Position numbers and translations under genes: made by a program. Below the pieces are notes generated by a model, which saw only the letters and a list, made by a program, of their open reading frames with translations, searched no databases and was not told where the DNA came from. A stretch of 64,000 nt of DNA from Verrucomicrobiota bacterium (GTDB lineage Bacteria; Verrucomicrobiota; Verrucomicrobiia; Limisphaerales; UBA11358): NCBI GenBank assembly GCA_050012035.1, contig JBEKHY010000002.1, forward strand, positions 68,302 to 132,301, written 5' to 3'. This document shows positions 41,766 to 51,055 of this stretch, piece by piece; the first letter of the stretch is position 1, and each line of letters begins with the position of its first letter.

Positions 41766-42638
41766 ATCAAAACCGCCACCCGCGTAAAATTTTGGGGCGT
41801 GCGCGGCTCGATCCCCACGCCGGGACCGACCACGGTGCGCTACGGTGGTAACACGTCCTGCGTCGAAGTGCGTTCGGGCGACGACATCGTCATCCTTGAC
41901 GCGGGTTCGGGGTTGCGCGCGCTGGGTCGCGCGTTGCTGGCAGAATTTAAAAACCAGCCGTTGAGCCTGACGCTGCTGCTGACACATACGCATTGGGACC
42001 ACATTCAAGGGCTGCCGTTCTTTGCGCCAATTTACGATCCGCGCTGCCATCTGCGGATTCTGGGCGGCGAAGGCGCGCGCAAAGGCCTGGTCAACGCGCT
42101 GACCGGCCAGATGGAAAGCACGTATTTCCCCGTGCCGTTCGCTAAACTGCCCAGCAACATCGCAATCGAGGAACTCAAGAGTTTCAATCTCAACATCGGC
42201 TCGGTCTGTGTGCGGGCGCAACGCGCAAACCATCCCGGCGTTTGCGTCGGGTACCGGCTGTCTACACCGCGTGGGTCCGTGGCTTATTTCCCTGACAGCG
42301 AACCGCGGCCGGGCGGCGAAGACCGGGAGATGATTGATTTCCTGCGTGACGCAGATGTGCTGATTCTCGATTCGCAATATGACTCGGCGGAATACAAAAA
42401 GCACATCGGCTGGGGACACGGATGTGTGGACGATTCGGTCACGCTCGCGGTGCAAGCCGGAGTCAAACGGCTTTACCTGTTTCACCACGACCCGGACCAT
42501 GACGATAGAAAAATTGACGGCTTGGTCAGGCACGCGCGCCAACTCATCGCTGGGCGGCGGGCAAAATTAAAAGTGGACGCCGCACGTGAGCTGCAAACAA
42601 TCAGGCTGCCGTTCAGGGCGGTTTCTCGCCGTAATTAA
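41766..42638 (+). CDS. MBL-fold metallo-hydrolase (start uncertain)
   Basis: KFWGVRGSIPTPG, YGGNTSC, THTHWDH, WGH, FHHDP. Confidence 0.88.
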   Translation: MKTATRVKFWGVRGSIPTPGPTTVRYGGNTSCVEVRSGDDIVILDAGSGLRALGRALLAEFKNQPLSLTLLLTHTHWDHIQGLPFFAPIYDPRCHLRILGGEGARKGLVNALTGQMESTYFPVPFAKLPSNIAIEELKSFNLNIGSVCVRAQRANHPGVCVGYRLSTPRGSVAYFPDSEPRPGGEDREMIDFLRDADVLILDSQYDSAEYKKHIGWGHGCVDDSVTLAVQAGVKRLYLFHHDPDHDDRKIDGLVRHARQLIAGRRAKLKVDAARELQTIRLPFRAVSRRN

Positions 42639-43341
42639 TGGCCATGGCGCCACCAAGAATATTTATGACACGCACGTTCGCAAGTTTCAGTTCATGCATT
42701 TTGGCTGCGATCCCCGCCTGCGCCGGGTAATGTTTCAACGATTCGAGGATGTAAGCGTAAGCCTGCGCGTTGCCGCAAAATGTCCAGCCGAGCAACGGCA
42801 CGAAAATTTGGAGGTGTGTAAAATAAACCGTGCGCCAAACCGCGTTGGCGGGCTTGCCAAAATCCAGCACAACCAGCCGCCCGCCCGGCTTGGCCGTGCG
42901 GCACATCTCGGCCAAACCGGTTTCCCAACTCGCCAGATTCCGCAAACCGTAACCAATGGTGATGGCGTCAAATGAATTGTCGGGAAATGGGATTTGTTGC
43001 GCATCACCCTGAATGAATTTCAGATTGGGGACTTGAAATGGGAGATTTTTCTGCCGGCGTTTTTCCGCGATTTCGAGCATGGCCCCGCTGAAGTCGAGGC
43101 CGATGACAGCCGCGCCACGCTGTGCGAGGGCAAGTGCGATGTCACCTGTGCCGCAGCACAAATCCAGCACACGGTCGCCCGGTTTTGCGGCGGCAAGTTC
43201 AGCGACACGGCGTTTCCAGCGGCGATGGAAGCCGAAACTTTGCAGGTCATTGAGCAAATCGTAGCGCCGGGCTATGGCGGCGAAAAGGCCGTTGACCTTC
43301 GCGGCACGTTGTCCGCCGGGTGTATAAAAAACGTTGCTCAT
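42613..43341 (-). CDS. ubiE: Demethylmenaquinone/ubiquinone methyltransferase UbiE/MenG
   Basis: IARRYDLLNDLQSFG.HRRWK, LDLCCGTGD, GYGLRN, AYAYILES. Confidence 0.9.
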   Translation of the reverse strand: MSNVFYTPGGQRAAKVNGLFAAIARRYDLLNDLQSFGFHRRWKRRVAELAAAKPGDRVLDLCCGTGDIALALAQRGAAVIGLDFSGAMLEIAEKRRQKNLPFQVPNLKFIQGDAQQIPFPDNSFDAITIGYGLRNLASWETGLAEMCRTAKPGGRLVVLDFGKPANAVWRTVYFTHLQIFVPLLGWTFCGNAQAYAYILESLKHYPAQAGIAAKMHELKLANVRVINILGGAMAINYGEKPP

Positions 43342-43477
43342 AAGCGTAGTTTAGCACGGCAGACGGGGCAAAAGTCAAAGGGCATAAAATGTGCTTTGCT
43401 TGGCATGGCCGGTTCGCTAATTTGTTGCTAACATCGTCGTTGAAGGCAATGCGAACCGGTTTCGATGATGAAGTTTT

Positions 43478-43903
43478 ATGAACGCTGAATCCGTAACTGG
43501 ACGCGCCAAAAAGATTTTGGTGGTGGATGACAATGAGATCATCCTTAAAACCGTTTCCCTGAAACTGCAGGGAGCCGGTTACGAAGTTTTCACGGCGTTG
43601 GACGGCGCCGAGGCCGTGGCGGCTGCGCGTAAGGAAAGTCCGGATTTAATTTTGTTGGACATCGGCTTTCCACCCGACGTGGACGGTGTTCCCTGGGACG
43701 GCTTTCGGCTCATGGAATGGCTCCACCGGTTGGATGAGATGAGACGAATTCCCATCATCATCATCACCGGCAGCGAAGACCCCAAAAACAAGGAACGAGC
43801 CGTCAACTGCGGCGCGGTGGCGTTTTTCCACAAACCGATTGACCACGACGATTTGCTCAAGGTGATCCGGTCAGTACTGGACAGTGCGGCCAAACCGGCC
43901 TGA
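43478..43903 (+). CDS. Single-domain response regulator
   Basis: LVVDDN, LILLD, FHKP. Confidence 0.9.
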   Translation: MNAESVTGRAKKILVVDDNEIILKTVSLKLQGAGYEVFTALDGAEAVAAARKESPDLILLDIGFPPDVDGVPWDGFRLMEWLHRLDEMRRIPIIIITGSEDPKNKERAVNCGAVAFFHKPIDHDDLLKVIRSVLDSAAKPA

Positions 43904-43956
43904 AATCCGGCTTGCAAATTCCGCGGGCTGGCATAGTTTCTCCCGACTTTCTGGAG

Positions 43957-44033
43957 GCGAGCGTAGCTCAGTCTGGTAGAGCGTCACCTTGCCAAGGTGA
44001 ATGTCGAGGGTTCGAATCCCTTCGCTCGCTCCA
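43957..44033 (+). tRNA. tRNA-Gly(GCC)
   Basis: GCGAGCG/CGCTCGC acceptor, TTGCCAA loop, TTCGAAT, TCCA. Confidence 0.96.
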
Positions 44034-44090
44034 ATTCATGGTTTGGTGAAACCCGCTTGATTTCGCCGCCAATCGCGCCCATCTTGCGAA

Positions 44091-44345
44091 ATGCTTTTGC
44101 CGAATGAAGCCGTTACCTTGAGTGCCGAACAAATACGCGAGTTGAATCAGAAACTCACCGCGCTGCGCCACGATGCCAATAACGGCCTGTCGCTAATGGT
44201 AGCAGCGGTCGAATTGATTCGGCGCCGGCCGGAAACTGCAGGGAACCTGTGGAGTACCCTGCTCGAGCAACCACGCAAAATCACCGAAGCCATTTCGCAA
44301 TTCTCCGGTGACTTTGAGACGGCACTGCGCATCACCCGGCCTTGA
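44091..44345 (+). CDS. Small protein resembling an isolated HisKA dimerisation helix pair
   Basis: LRHDANNGLS H-box-like motif; 84 aa. Confidence 0.6.
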   Translation: MLLPNEAVTLSAEQIRELNQKLTALRHDANNGLSLMVAAVELIRRRPETAGNLWSTLLEQPRKITEAISQFSGDFETALRITRP

Positions 44346-44532
44346 TGCGTGCCGGCCCGGATGGCTTTTTGCCTTTAGCCCCGACACGACAGCCGATATA
44401 ATCGCGGGTAGTGGGCTACTTTGAAATCGAATAAAAAGCCTTCGATTTTCCGAAGGTTTTTAGAACTTGACGGAACGGCAAATGCTTTGATATAGTCCTA
44501 TGGAACTGATGGAAACCATGAAGCCGAACGGT

Positions 44533-45126
44533 TTAGCGTTGGAATACCAACGAGACTACGCTGCATCCCGGCGTGATTTTAACGTCTCTGACATCATCAA
44601 TAATCCCAGCGCCAATGGCATCTGTCGCGTTTTTGGTTTGGGCTTCGCGGAAAAGTCCCTCGACGACTTCTTGCGTGAGCTTCGTTCGCTGCGTGAAAAC
44701 GCTGGCGATTCTCTTGTGGTCGCTAGTGACGCCCGTTAAAAACTCCCGCAGGTTTTTTTCTTCCAAGCGGAATGTTTGGTTTTTGAAGTCGAACCCTACA
44801 CCGTGAAACATGAAAGTCGAATGGGGACATGCGTAACGTTTCTTACCGGCAAGGAAAACAGCATTTCCAATTGAGTCCACGTTGCCGACGTTGTGCGTAA
44901 TCAGTTCAAACGGCATACCGAGTAAAACATTGTAAAGGTTCATTCCGTTCATCACGTTTCCGCCGGGGGTGGAGAGCAACAAGTAAACGGTTTTGACTTT
45001 CTGATTTACACAGTTTGCCATCACAGCCAAAAGGCTTTCTGTGGTGTGTGGGGATATTTCCGCCGAAAACGAAATGAACGTCGTTTCGGTCAGTTGGTTT
45101 GGGTTGGCTGGCGGATTCCCATTCAT
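44533..45126 (-). CDS. ClpP-like peptidase (IS passenger)
   Basis: LSTPGG.V..G..LYN, NVDSIG (Ser), FMFHG (His). Confidence 0.82.
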   Translation of the reverse strand: MNGNPPANPNQLTETTFISFSAEISPHTTESLLAVMANCVNQKVKTVYLLLSTPGGNVMNGMNLYNVLLGMPFELITHNVGNVDSIGNAVFLAGKKRYACPHSTFMFHGVGFDFKNQTFRLEEKNLREFLTGVTSDHKRIASVFTQRTKLTQEVVEGLFREAQTKNATDAIGAGIIDDVRDVKITPGCSVVSLVFQR

Positions 45127-45133
45127 AAATTTC

Positions 45134-45958
45134 TTAAACCAATTTAACAATTTCTTCCAAATTCCAAACATGGTCACTGATACCAGCTTCCATCGCAGGC
45201 GTCACGCGCAAAGTTTGGTGAATCCGGCAAAAGTTATAGTTCATGGCGTAAATCGCAATCATGTGCTTGTGATTCTCGATTTTCTTTGAAAAGGCATTCG
45301 TCAGCCTCGTAAAGCGGCGATTGGTCATGCGGAGCGTCAAATTTTGACGTTCCACGAACGAAGTGGAAATCAGATTGCGGTCTGGATTTCCGATGATTCT
45401 GCGGCGGCGTGCCCCAATACAAACCGGCGGTGAATAGCGAGTTTCACCCGTTCCAGTTTCACGCCCATATAATTTTATCAGCATTGAATAATCAATGTCC
45501 GCGCCAAAGGCATCTTCAACCGCCAGTAGGTATGGCCGGTGCCCGTCACTGGTTAATTGCACCCGGTTTGCCAACCGACCTTTCAGGTCGTGGATGAAAC
45601 TGTAAGCGCCAGCAGCGTCACGAAGCCCCACATGCCAGCTAGGAATCAATTTTGTGTCGGCATCAATCGCAATCCACGTCCAAGTGTCCCCCACGCCGTC
45701 TTGCCCCTGCAAATGCTCTGGAATGTTCGCCTGCTTGCAGTAGGTGAATGACCAAACCTCATCCACTTGAATCACCTTGCACGGTAGATTCCGCATAATT
45801 TTGTCGTGATACGCGGCGCACGCTTCACCAACTTCAACCAAGATTCGGGACACGGTTTTCTTGGCAACGCCCGTAAGCCGGACTGTGGAGCGCAAGCTGC
45901 AACCCTCAATCAAGCAATTAACCACTTTTGCCCTCTCTACCACTGATAGCTTATTCAT
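45134..45958 (-). CDS. IS1-family DDE transposase (single ORF, N-terminal HTH)
   Basis: EGCSLRSTVRLTGV, QVDEVWSF, LTSDG, TSFVERQNLTLR, RRFTRLTNAFSKK. Confidence 0.92.
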   Translation of the reverse strand: MNKLSVVERAKVVNCLIEGCSLRSTVRLTGVAKKTVSRILVEVGEACAAYHDKIMRNLPCKVIQVDEVWSFTYCKQANIPEHLQGQDGVGDTWTWIAIDADTKLIPSWHVGLRDAAGAYSFIHDLKGRLANRVQLTSDGHRPYLLAVEDAFGADIDYSMLIKLYGRETGTGETRYSPPVCIGARRRRIIGNPDRNLISTSFVERQNLTLRMTNRRFTRLTNAFSKKIENHKHMIAIYAMNYNFCRIHQTLRVTPAMEAGISDHVWNLEEIVKLV

Positions 45959-46007
45959 ACGATTTTTGTTGCTTTTGGCGGGTTTTCTGCTACTTTTTCT
46001 ACCGACA

Positions 46008-46082
46008 TGGCGCGCCGTGGTGGAATTGAACCACCATCTAATCCTTAGCAGAGACTGCTCTAGCCATTTGAGCTAACGGCGC
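46008..46082 (-). tRNA. Atypical tRNA-like gene (anticodon GCU, short variable loop) inside the IS
   Basis: GCGCCGT/ACGGCGC acceptor, GCTC/GAGC D stem, CTGCTAA loop, GGTGG-TTCAATT-CCACC T arm, G discriminator, encoded CCA. Confidence 0.85.
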
Positions 46083-46144
46083 AAACCTGTCAAACCGGCC
46101 ACCGAGAGCCCCCGCTAAAGGCGCTCGGTGGCCTCATTGTTTTA

Positions 46145-46173
46145 AGGGTAACAGTTTTATTTTCAATTGTCAA
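46145..46173 (-). promoter_or_regulatory. Sigma70-like promoter upstream of the tRNA-like gene and transposase
   Basis: TTGACA-N17-TACCCT on the minus strand. Confidence 0.6.
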
Positions 46174-46275
46174 CACTTTTATCCAACTATATTTTGAACC
46201 TGCGGAAATAAAAATGTCAGATTTATGTTGACAGGGTGGATTTGGGGGTGCAATTTGGAGCAAGAAAGGCACATT

Positions 46276-47277
46276 ATGGCAACTGACAAAAATATAGAAT
46301 ACGCTCAAAACTTGAGGAAAACCGATGATGCAAAGAAGCAAAAGCATCGCAGCCCGGCCTATCCATCCATAGGGCTGAAGGAGGCCCTTGAAAAGGCGCG
46401 CGCAATATGGGACAACGAGAAGCGCAACGAGGTTTCAGTTGATGTTGTTGCCGCACACTGGAAGATGGCGGCAAAAAGCAGTTCAACGCTTTTGGCAATT
46501 TCCGCGCTCAAAAAGTTTGCGCTTATTACAGACCGGGGCAGTGGCGACCAGCGATATGTAAAATTAACCGATTTGGCTTACAACATTCTTCGAGCCGAAC
46601 CGGATTCTGATGTGTGGCTAAAGTCAGTTCAAAAGTCCGCCTTGTCTCCTAAAATGATTGTTGAACTATGGGAAACAGACAAAGAAAGCCCAAAATCAAC
46701 GGCAAATCTGAAGAAATACTTGGAATTTGAGAAGAAATTCAATCCGGCTGTAATTGACCAGTTTGTTCAAGCCTATCGTGACACTATTTCATTTGCAAAA
46801 CTTGGGATTGGTGATAAAGTGTTGACAGACGGAGCCGATGGTGACGCGGTGGAGCTGGAAAATGGCAGTCAGGAAGAAGATTTACTACCACCAGCCGGAG
46901 GCAAAGTCGCACCAATAACGAAGCAAATAGGCAAAAAGATGTTGGCACAATACTCAATTCCAATTGGGGCGAATGAAGCCACAATCACGTTCACTGGCGC
47001 GGAATTAACCGTTGGTGATTTTGACGCGCTGGCTGATTATGTTGTCATTTTCAAAAAGCAGTTTGAGCGGAAGCAAAAATCAGAATCTTCAAGTTCAACC
47101 CCCACAAAACCAGCATTCCCCGAACCGCCGTTCGTGGCACTTTGGAAAGGGAAAAATTTTGATAAAATGGTTAAAATTGTCGGCCAACCAGTTTGGGAAA
47201 AAGGTGAATGGATTTACCAAGATGATGGCGGGACTTTGGTCCCGGCCAAAGAGCTTTTTCCCAATTTGAAAAAATGA
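46276..47277 (+). CDS. Hypothetical protein, possible winged-helix N-terminus (IS passenger)
   Basis: Long ORF; RSPAYPSIGLKEALEKA..ISALKKFALI..VKLTDLA; TTGACA upstream at 46228. Confidence 0.7.
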   Translation: MATDKNIEYAQNLRKTDDAKKQKHRSPAYPSIGLKEALEKARAIWDNEKRNEVSVDVVAAHWKMAAKSSSTLLAISALKKFALITDRGSGDQRYVKLTDLAYNILRAEPDSDVWLKSVQKSALSPKMIVELWETDKESPKSTANLKKYLEFEKKFNPAVIDQFVQAYRDTISFAKLGIGDKVLTDGADGDAVELENGSQEEDLLPPAGGKVAPITKQIGKKMLAQYSIPIGANEATITFTGAELTVGDFDALADYVVIFKKQFERKQKSESSSSTPTKPAFPEPPFVALWKGKNFDKMVKIVGQPVWEKGEWIYQDDGGTLVPAKELFPNLKK

Positions 47278-47412
47278 TTATTTACGGCGCGGCTTGCTGG
47301 CGGGCTTGGCGGGTGCTTTGATTGGCTTCTCTGACAGCTTAATCACGTCAGCAAAGACGCTGTGAGCAAGCTGGATTGTATCGCTAGGTCGCTTGCGCTT
47401 TGGTTTTATCAT
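47278..47412 (-). CDS. Small basic protein at the IS end (44 aa)
   Basis: Manual translation MIKPKRKRPSDTIQLAHSVFADVIKLSEKPIKAPAKPASKPRRK; below the ORF-track cutoff. Confidence 0.55.
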   Translation of the reverse strand: MIKPKRKRPSDTIQLAHSVFADVIKLSEKPIKAPAKPASKPRRK

Positions 47413-47485
47413 GCCCCAACTTTGCCACACTCAGGCCGGAAACGGAAATCCAAATTCAAAGTAGCCCACTACCTAATCGCGCGCC

Positions 47486-48014
47486 ACGGAACGGACCGAG
47501 GCGGAGTTGATTGCCGTGGTCTTGCGCGGCGACCCCGCGAGCTTAGCCGGAACGATTCAGTTGGATGGATAACTTGGAAGTCATCCCTCCCTCCAAATCA
47601 ACGCATGAACGATGACGGAAGGAGCCAATTCGGCGAACCGTTTGGTTCCTGATTCCAACTGCATAGCAGTTGAATTCAGCACGTTTCCAGCCTTGCAAAT
47701 CAGGGACTTGCGAAATCATAGGCTTAAAACTGCGGCTTGGTCTGAATCGTTCCGGCTTAGAGCCGCTGGTTCAAGGTATTCGCCGCGCGTATTGCCACCG
47801 CCCGCCGTTACGTCCGCCGCGAGAACGAAGTGGACGACATCGCGCAGAAGGTCTGGCTCAAGGCGTTTGAAAAACTCCACAGCTACCGCGGCGAAGCGCC
47901 GTTTCAGCACTGGGCGGTCCTGGACGTGCTACGATTTTCCTGCGCGCCCGCCAGTGCATTCACGCCGTATTGACACCCGGCAGAGGAAACAGTTTGAAGA
48001 ATTGCTGAAACAGC
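47486..48014 (+). pseudogene. Disrupted ECF sigma factor
   Basis: Fragments (ACG)ERTEAELIAVVLRGDPAS / EPLV / YSPRV / ENEVDDIAQKVWLKAFEKLHSYRGEAPFQHW lie in different frames and are interrupted by a MITE. Confidence 0.75.
47546..47756. mobile_element. MITE (211 bp)
   Basis: 15-bp IR GCCGGAACGATTCAG/CTGAATCGTTCCGGC, flanked by TTA duplication. Confidence 0.8.
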
Positions 48015-48094
48015 TCCCGCCACACCGGTCGCCGGCGTCCACGAACGCCCCTTTAGCCCTGCCACCGACCAACATATCAACAAGCGCTTGACGT

Positions 48095-48823
48095 CTATTT
48101 TTCCGCCAGCAGCGCGCGGATTTTCTCCCACAACGTCTGCGTGATTGTCTCCACGGAACGATTGCCGTCCACGATGGTGAAGTCGTAGGTCTTCTGCAGT
48201 TGACGGAATGCGGTCCGCATGGCCATCTGGTATTTCAGAAAGCTGTCGAACATGTCGCGCGACAGGCCGAGGTCCATGCCGCTTTCCCAGTAATCCAGCG
48301 CCGCCTTTTTGGAAAGATTGCGCTGCACCAGTTCCTCGGGCTCGACTGCAAGATAAAAAACCGCGTCCGGTTCGAGCGCGATGCCGTAAAGATTCTTCAG
48401 CCACGCTTCGTCCATGCCGCGCACCATGTCACGCGCCATGAGCGTGTAAATATAACGGTCAGACAGCACGATGAAGCCCGCTTTGAGCGCCGGCAAAATG
48501 ATGTTTTCCAACTGGTCGGCAAAGTCCGTCGCGTAAAACAGGCTCAATGTCGTCCGGCTCAAAATATTTCCTTCCTGCGCCTTGTCGAGTTCGGCGCTGA
48601 CGAGCGTGGAGCGTTTGAGGCCGACCTGCACTGTTGCGTGGCCGCTGGCCTCCAGCCAGTCCACCAGTCGCACGATTTGCGTGGAACGGCCCGAGCCGTC
48701 CGCGCCTTCCACCACAATCAATTTGCCCGCCAATTCTTCCAGCCGGACATGGGGAATGCCGTGGCCGTAAAACCGGCGGTGATTGACCCGGCCGCCGGCT
48801 GACCCGGTGGTTTTCTTCTTCAT
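48095..48823 (-). CDS. Thymidylate kinase-like protein
   Basis: EGADGSGRSTQ, SDRYIYT. Confidence 0.85.
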   Translation of the reverse strand: MKKKTTGSAGGRVNHRRFYGHGIPHVRLEELAGKLIVVEGADGSGRSTQIVRLVDWLEASGHATVQVGLKRSTLVSAELDKAQEGNILSRTTLSLFYATDFADQLENIILPALKAGFIVLSDRYIYTLMARDMVRGMDEAWLKNLYGIALEPDAVFYLAVEPEELVQRNLSKKAALDYWESGMDLGLSRDMFDSFLKYQMAMRTAFRQLQKTYDFTIVDGNRSVETITQTLWEKIRALLAEK

Positions 48824-49569
48824 GCGGCCGAATCCTCCTCCATTTCCTCGACCTTGTTGGTTCGTTGCGCGGGTGGCGGCAACGGCAGCGGACCGCGGCG
48901 CCGGAACCGCTCCAAATCTATCCGCTCCCTGACCAGCTTGCGCACAGCGGCTTGCTGTGTTTCCACGTTCCGGTTGGCGTCTGTCACCACGAAATTGAAC
49001 TCCCGGCTCATTGCCATGTATTGCGCCAGAATGCGGCCTTGAAAGATGCGGAAGCTTTCATACGGGTCGCTCGACAACCGCAAATCCATGCCCGCCTCGA
49101 AAAACTTCAACTTTGGCCGGCCTTCGAGAATGCGGTTGAGCGACACTTCCAAATCCGCCTTGAAGAAAAACGTGAGGTCGGGCAGGGCGGCGAAACTGTA
49201 AATGCCGCGCACCCAGTCCGTCGGGCAGCCGCGCGTCACGTCGCGCGCAAACGCCGTGAAAACATAGCGGTCGCAGAGCACGACGTAGCCGGCGCGCAGC
49301 AACGGGAGCAGGTGACGTTCGTAACGGTCGGCAAAGTCCGTCGCGTGAATCAGGCTGAACGTGGTGGGGGTAAGCAATTCGCGCTTTTTGCCCTTGCTCG
49401 TGGCGGATTTCACAAGCTCGGACGAGTTCCACTCGCTGAAATAGACCTTGATGCCCTCGGCCTCCAGCCATCGCTTAAGCAGATAAATCTGCGTGGACTT
49501 GCCCGAGCCGTCGAGGCCTTCGACGGCAACGAGCCGGCCGGGAAAATTCAATTCCGTGAAAGTTTTCAT
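48820..49569 (-). CDS. tmk: Thymidylate kinase-like protein
   Basis: EGLDGSGKSTQ, CDRYVFT, PDLTFF. Confidence 0.8.
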   Translation of the reverse strand: MKTFTELNFPGRLVAVEGLDGSGKSTQIYLLKRWLEAEGIKVYFSEWNSSELVKSATSKGKKRELLTPTTFSLIHATDFADRYERHLLPLLRAGYVVLCDRYVFTAFARDVTRGCPTDWVRGIYSFAALPDLTFFFKADLEVSLNRILEGRPKLKFFEAGMDLRLSSDPYESFRIFQGRILAQYMAMSREFNFVVTDANRNVETQQAAVRKLVRERIDLERFRRRGPLPLPPPAQRTNKVEEMEEDSAA

Positions 49570-49769
49570 AATCACGCCTGCCGCATTTTCTGATTCTATA
49601 CCAGCTGCTGCCGGCCACAAGCGCAAGTTGATAACATAATGATGCGTTGGCGTCTGTTAAATTCGGGTGAAATTAAGTCCTCTTGTGAAAAAAATCACAA
49701 ATTCAACTTGCCCCGGTTTGCCGCGCAAATTACGTTGCCACGGCGCCCGGTTCAGGGCGCGCTGTGTTT

Positions 49770-50300
49770 ATGCGAACCGAAACCGAAGTGGGTTACAACA
49801 CAAAGATCGAAGGCGACGTCATCGTCACACGCGTGGACGCCGCGCTCAACTGGTTTCGCAAAAATTCCATCTGGCCGATGCCGATGGGACTGGCCTGTTG
49901 CGCCATCGAATTGATGGCCGCCGGCGCAAGCCGGTTTGATATTTCGCGGTTCGGATCGGAAGTCATGCGCTTTTCGCCGCGGCAGGCAGATTGCATGATT
50001 GTTGCCGGCACGGTCACCTACAAAATGGCCGGCGCCGTGAAGCGCATTTACGACCAGATGCCCGAGCCAAAATGGGTCATCGCCATGGGCGCGTGCGCCT
50101 CGACTGGCGGCATGTATCGCAGCTATGCCGTGCTGCAGGGCGTGGACCACATCATTCCGGTGGACGTTTATGTGTCCGGTTGCCCGCCGCGGCCGGAAGC
50201 CGTGCTCGACGCGCTGATGAAATTGCAAAAGAAAGTGGCCAAAGAACCGGTTTTGGAGAAACTCACGGCCGTCACCGCGCTCAAACATAAAGCCGCTTGA
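49770..50300 (+). CDS. nuoB: NADH-quinone oxidoreductase subunit B
   Basis: [21 protein letters not shown]. Confidence 0.96.
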   Translation: MRTETEVGYNTKIEGDVIVTRVDAALNWFRKNSIWPMPMGLACCAIELMAAGASRFDISRFGSEVMRFSPRQADCMIVAGTVTYKMAGAVKRIYDQMPEPKWVIAMGACASTGGMYRSYAVLQGVDHIIPVDVYVSGCPPRPEAVLDALMKLQKKVAKEPVLEKLTAVTALKHKAA

Positions 50301-50303
50301 ATT

Positions 50304-50452
50304 TTTAACCACGGATGAACACGGATGAACGCGGATTGGTAGGGCGGGCAGTTCTCTGTCCGCCGAAGCGCCGGGAGCAGCCAAACGGCGCGCACGGAGT
50401 GACGCGCCCTGCCTTTGAAGAAATACGTGTTTGTCCGTGCCTATCGGTGGCC
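50304..50452. repeat. Nested intergenic repeats (ACCACGGATGAACACGGAT arms around a GGTAGGGC REP doublet)
   Basis: Arms at 50304-50336 and 50426-50452; inner element 50338-50413; the arm motif recurs at 26308-26337 and inverted at 59406-59438. Confidence 0.75.
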
Positions 50453-50466
50453 AATTCTTTTGAACT

Positions 50467-51045
50467 GTGACATCGTTGGAGCAAGCCCAGAAAATCAAAG
50501 CCAGGTTCGGCGATTTAATCTCCGAGCCGGCGGAATTTCGCGGCGAAATTACCCTTAAAATCGCCGACGCCGAAAAAATCGTTGAAGTCTGCCGTTATGC
50601 GAAAAACGATTTGGATTTCGATTATCTCGTGGACATCAGCAGCGTGGACAGTTACGGCGAGGACCCGCGCTGGACGGTCGTTTATCATTTGCGCGGTCTT
50701 GCGAATCGCTGCGAATTGCGGCTCAAGACCGGCGTGAGCGAGGAAAAATCCGAACTGCCGACCGTCACGACGGTTTGGAAGACCGCCAACTGGCACGAGC
50801 GCGAAATCTACGACATGATGGGCATACGTTTTCGCGGACATCCCGATTTGCGCCGGATTCTGATGTGGGAAGGCTATCCGTATTTCCCGTTGCGCAAGGA
50901 CTTTCCGCTGGCCGGCAAACCGACTGATCTGCCCGGCGTCGCATTCACCAAACCCGCGCCGCTCGAAGGCGGGCCCTTCGTGACGGTGCCCGGCGGCAAG
51001 GACGCGATTGAACGCGAGCCCCGCGTGCGGACACCGAAGGATTGA
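50467..51045 (+). CDS. nuoC: NADH-quinone oxidoreductase subunit C
   Basis: ANWHEREIYDMMGI.F.GHPDLRRIL, PLRKDFP. Confidence 0.96.
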   Translation: MTSLEQAQKIKARFGDLISEPAEFRGEITLKIADAEKIVEVCRYAKNDLDFDYLVDISSVDSYGEDPRWTVVYHLRGLANRCELRLKTGVSEEKSELPTVTTVWKTANWHEREIYDMMGIRFRGHPDLRRILMWEGYPYFPLRKDFPLAGKPTDLPGVAFTKPAPLEGGPFVTVPGGKDAIEREPRVRTPKD

Positions 51046-51055
51046 TTCTGTGAAA

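Larger units (their letters stand above)
44407..47473. mobile_element. IS1-family element with passenger genes (3067 bp)
   Basis: Perfect 19-bp terminal IRs GGTAGTGGGCTACTTTGAA; 8-bp target duplication TAATCGCG (44399-44406 and 47474-47481); internal DDE transposase. Confidence 0.93.

Noticed and set aside
43957..47473. tRNA-Gly-anchored genomic island
   Set aside because: No integrase and no duplicated tRNA 3' end; the accessory DNA is bounded by IS inverted repeats and a target duplication.
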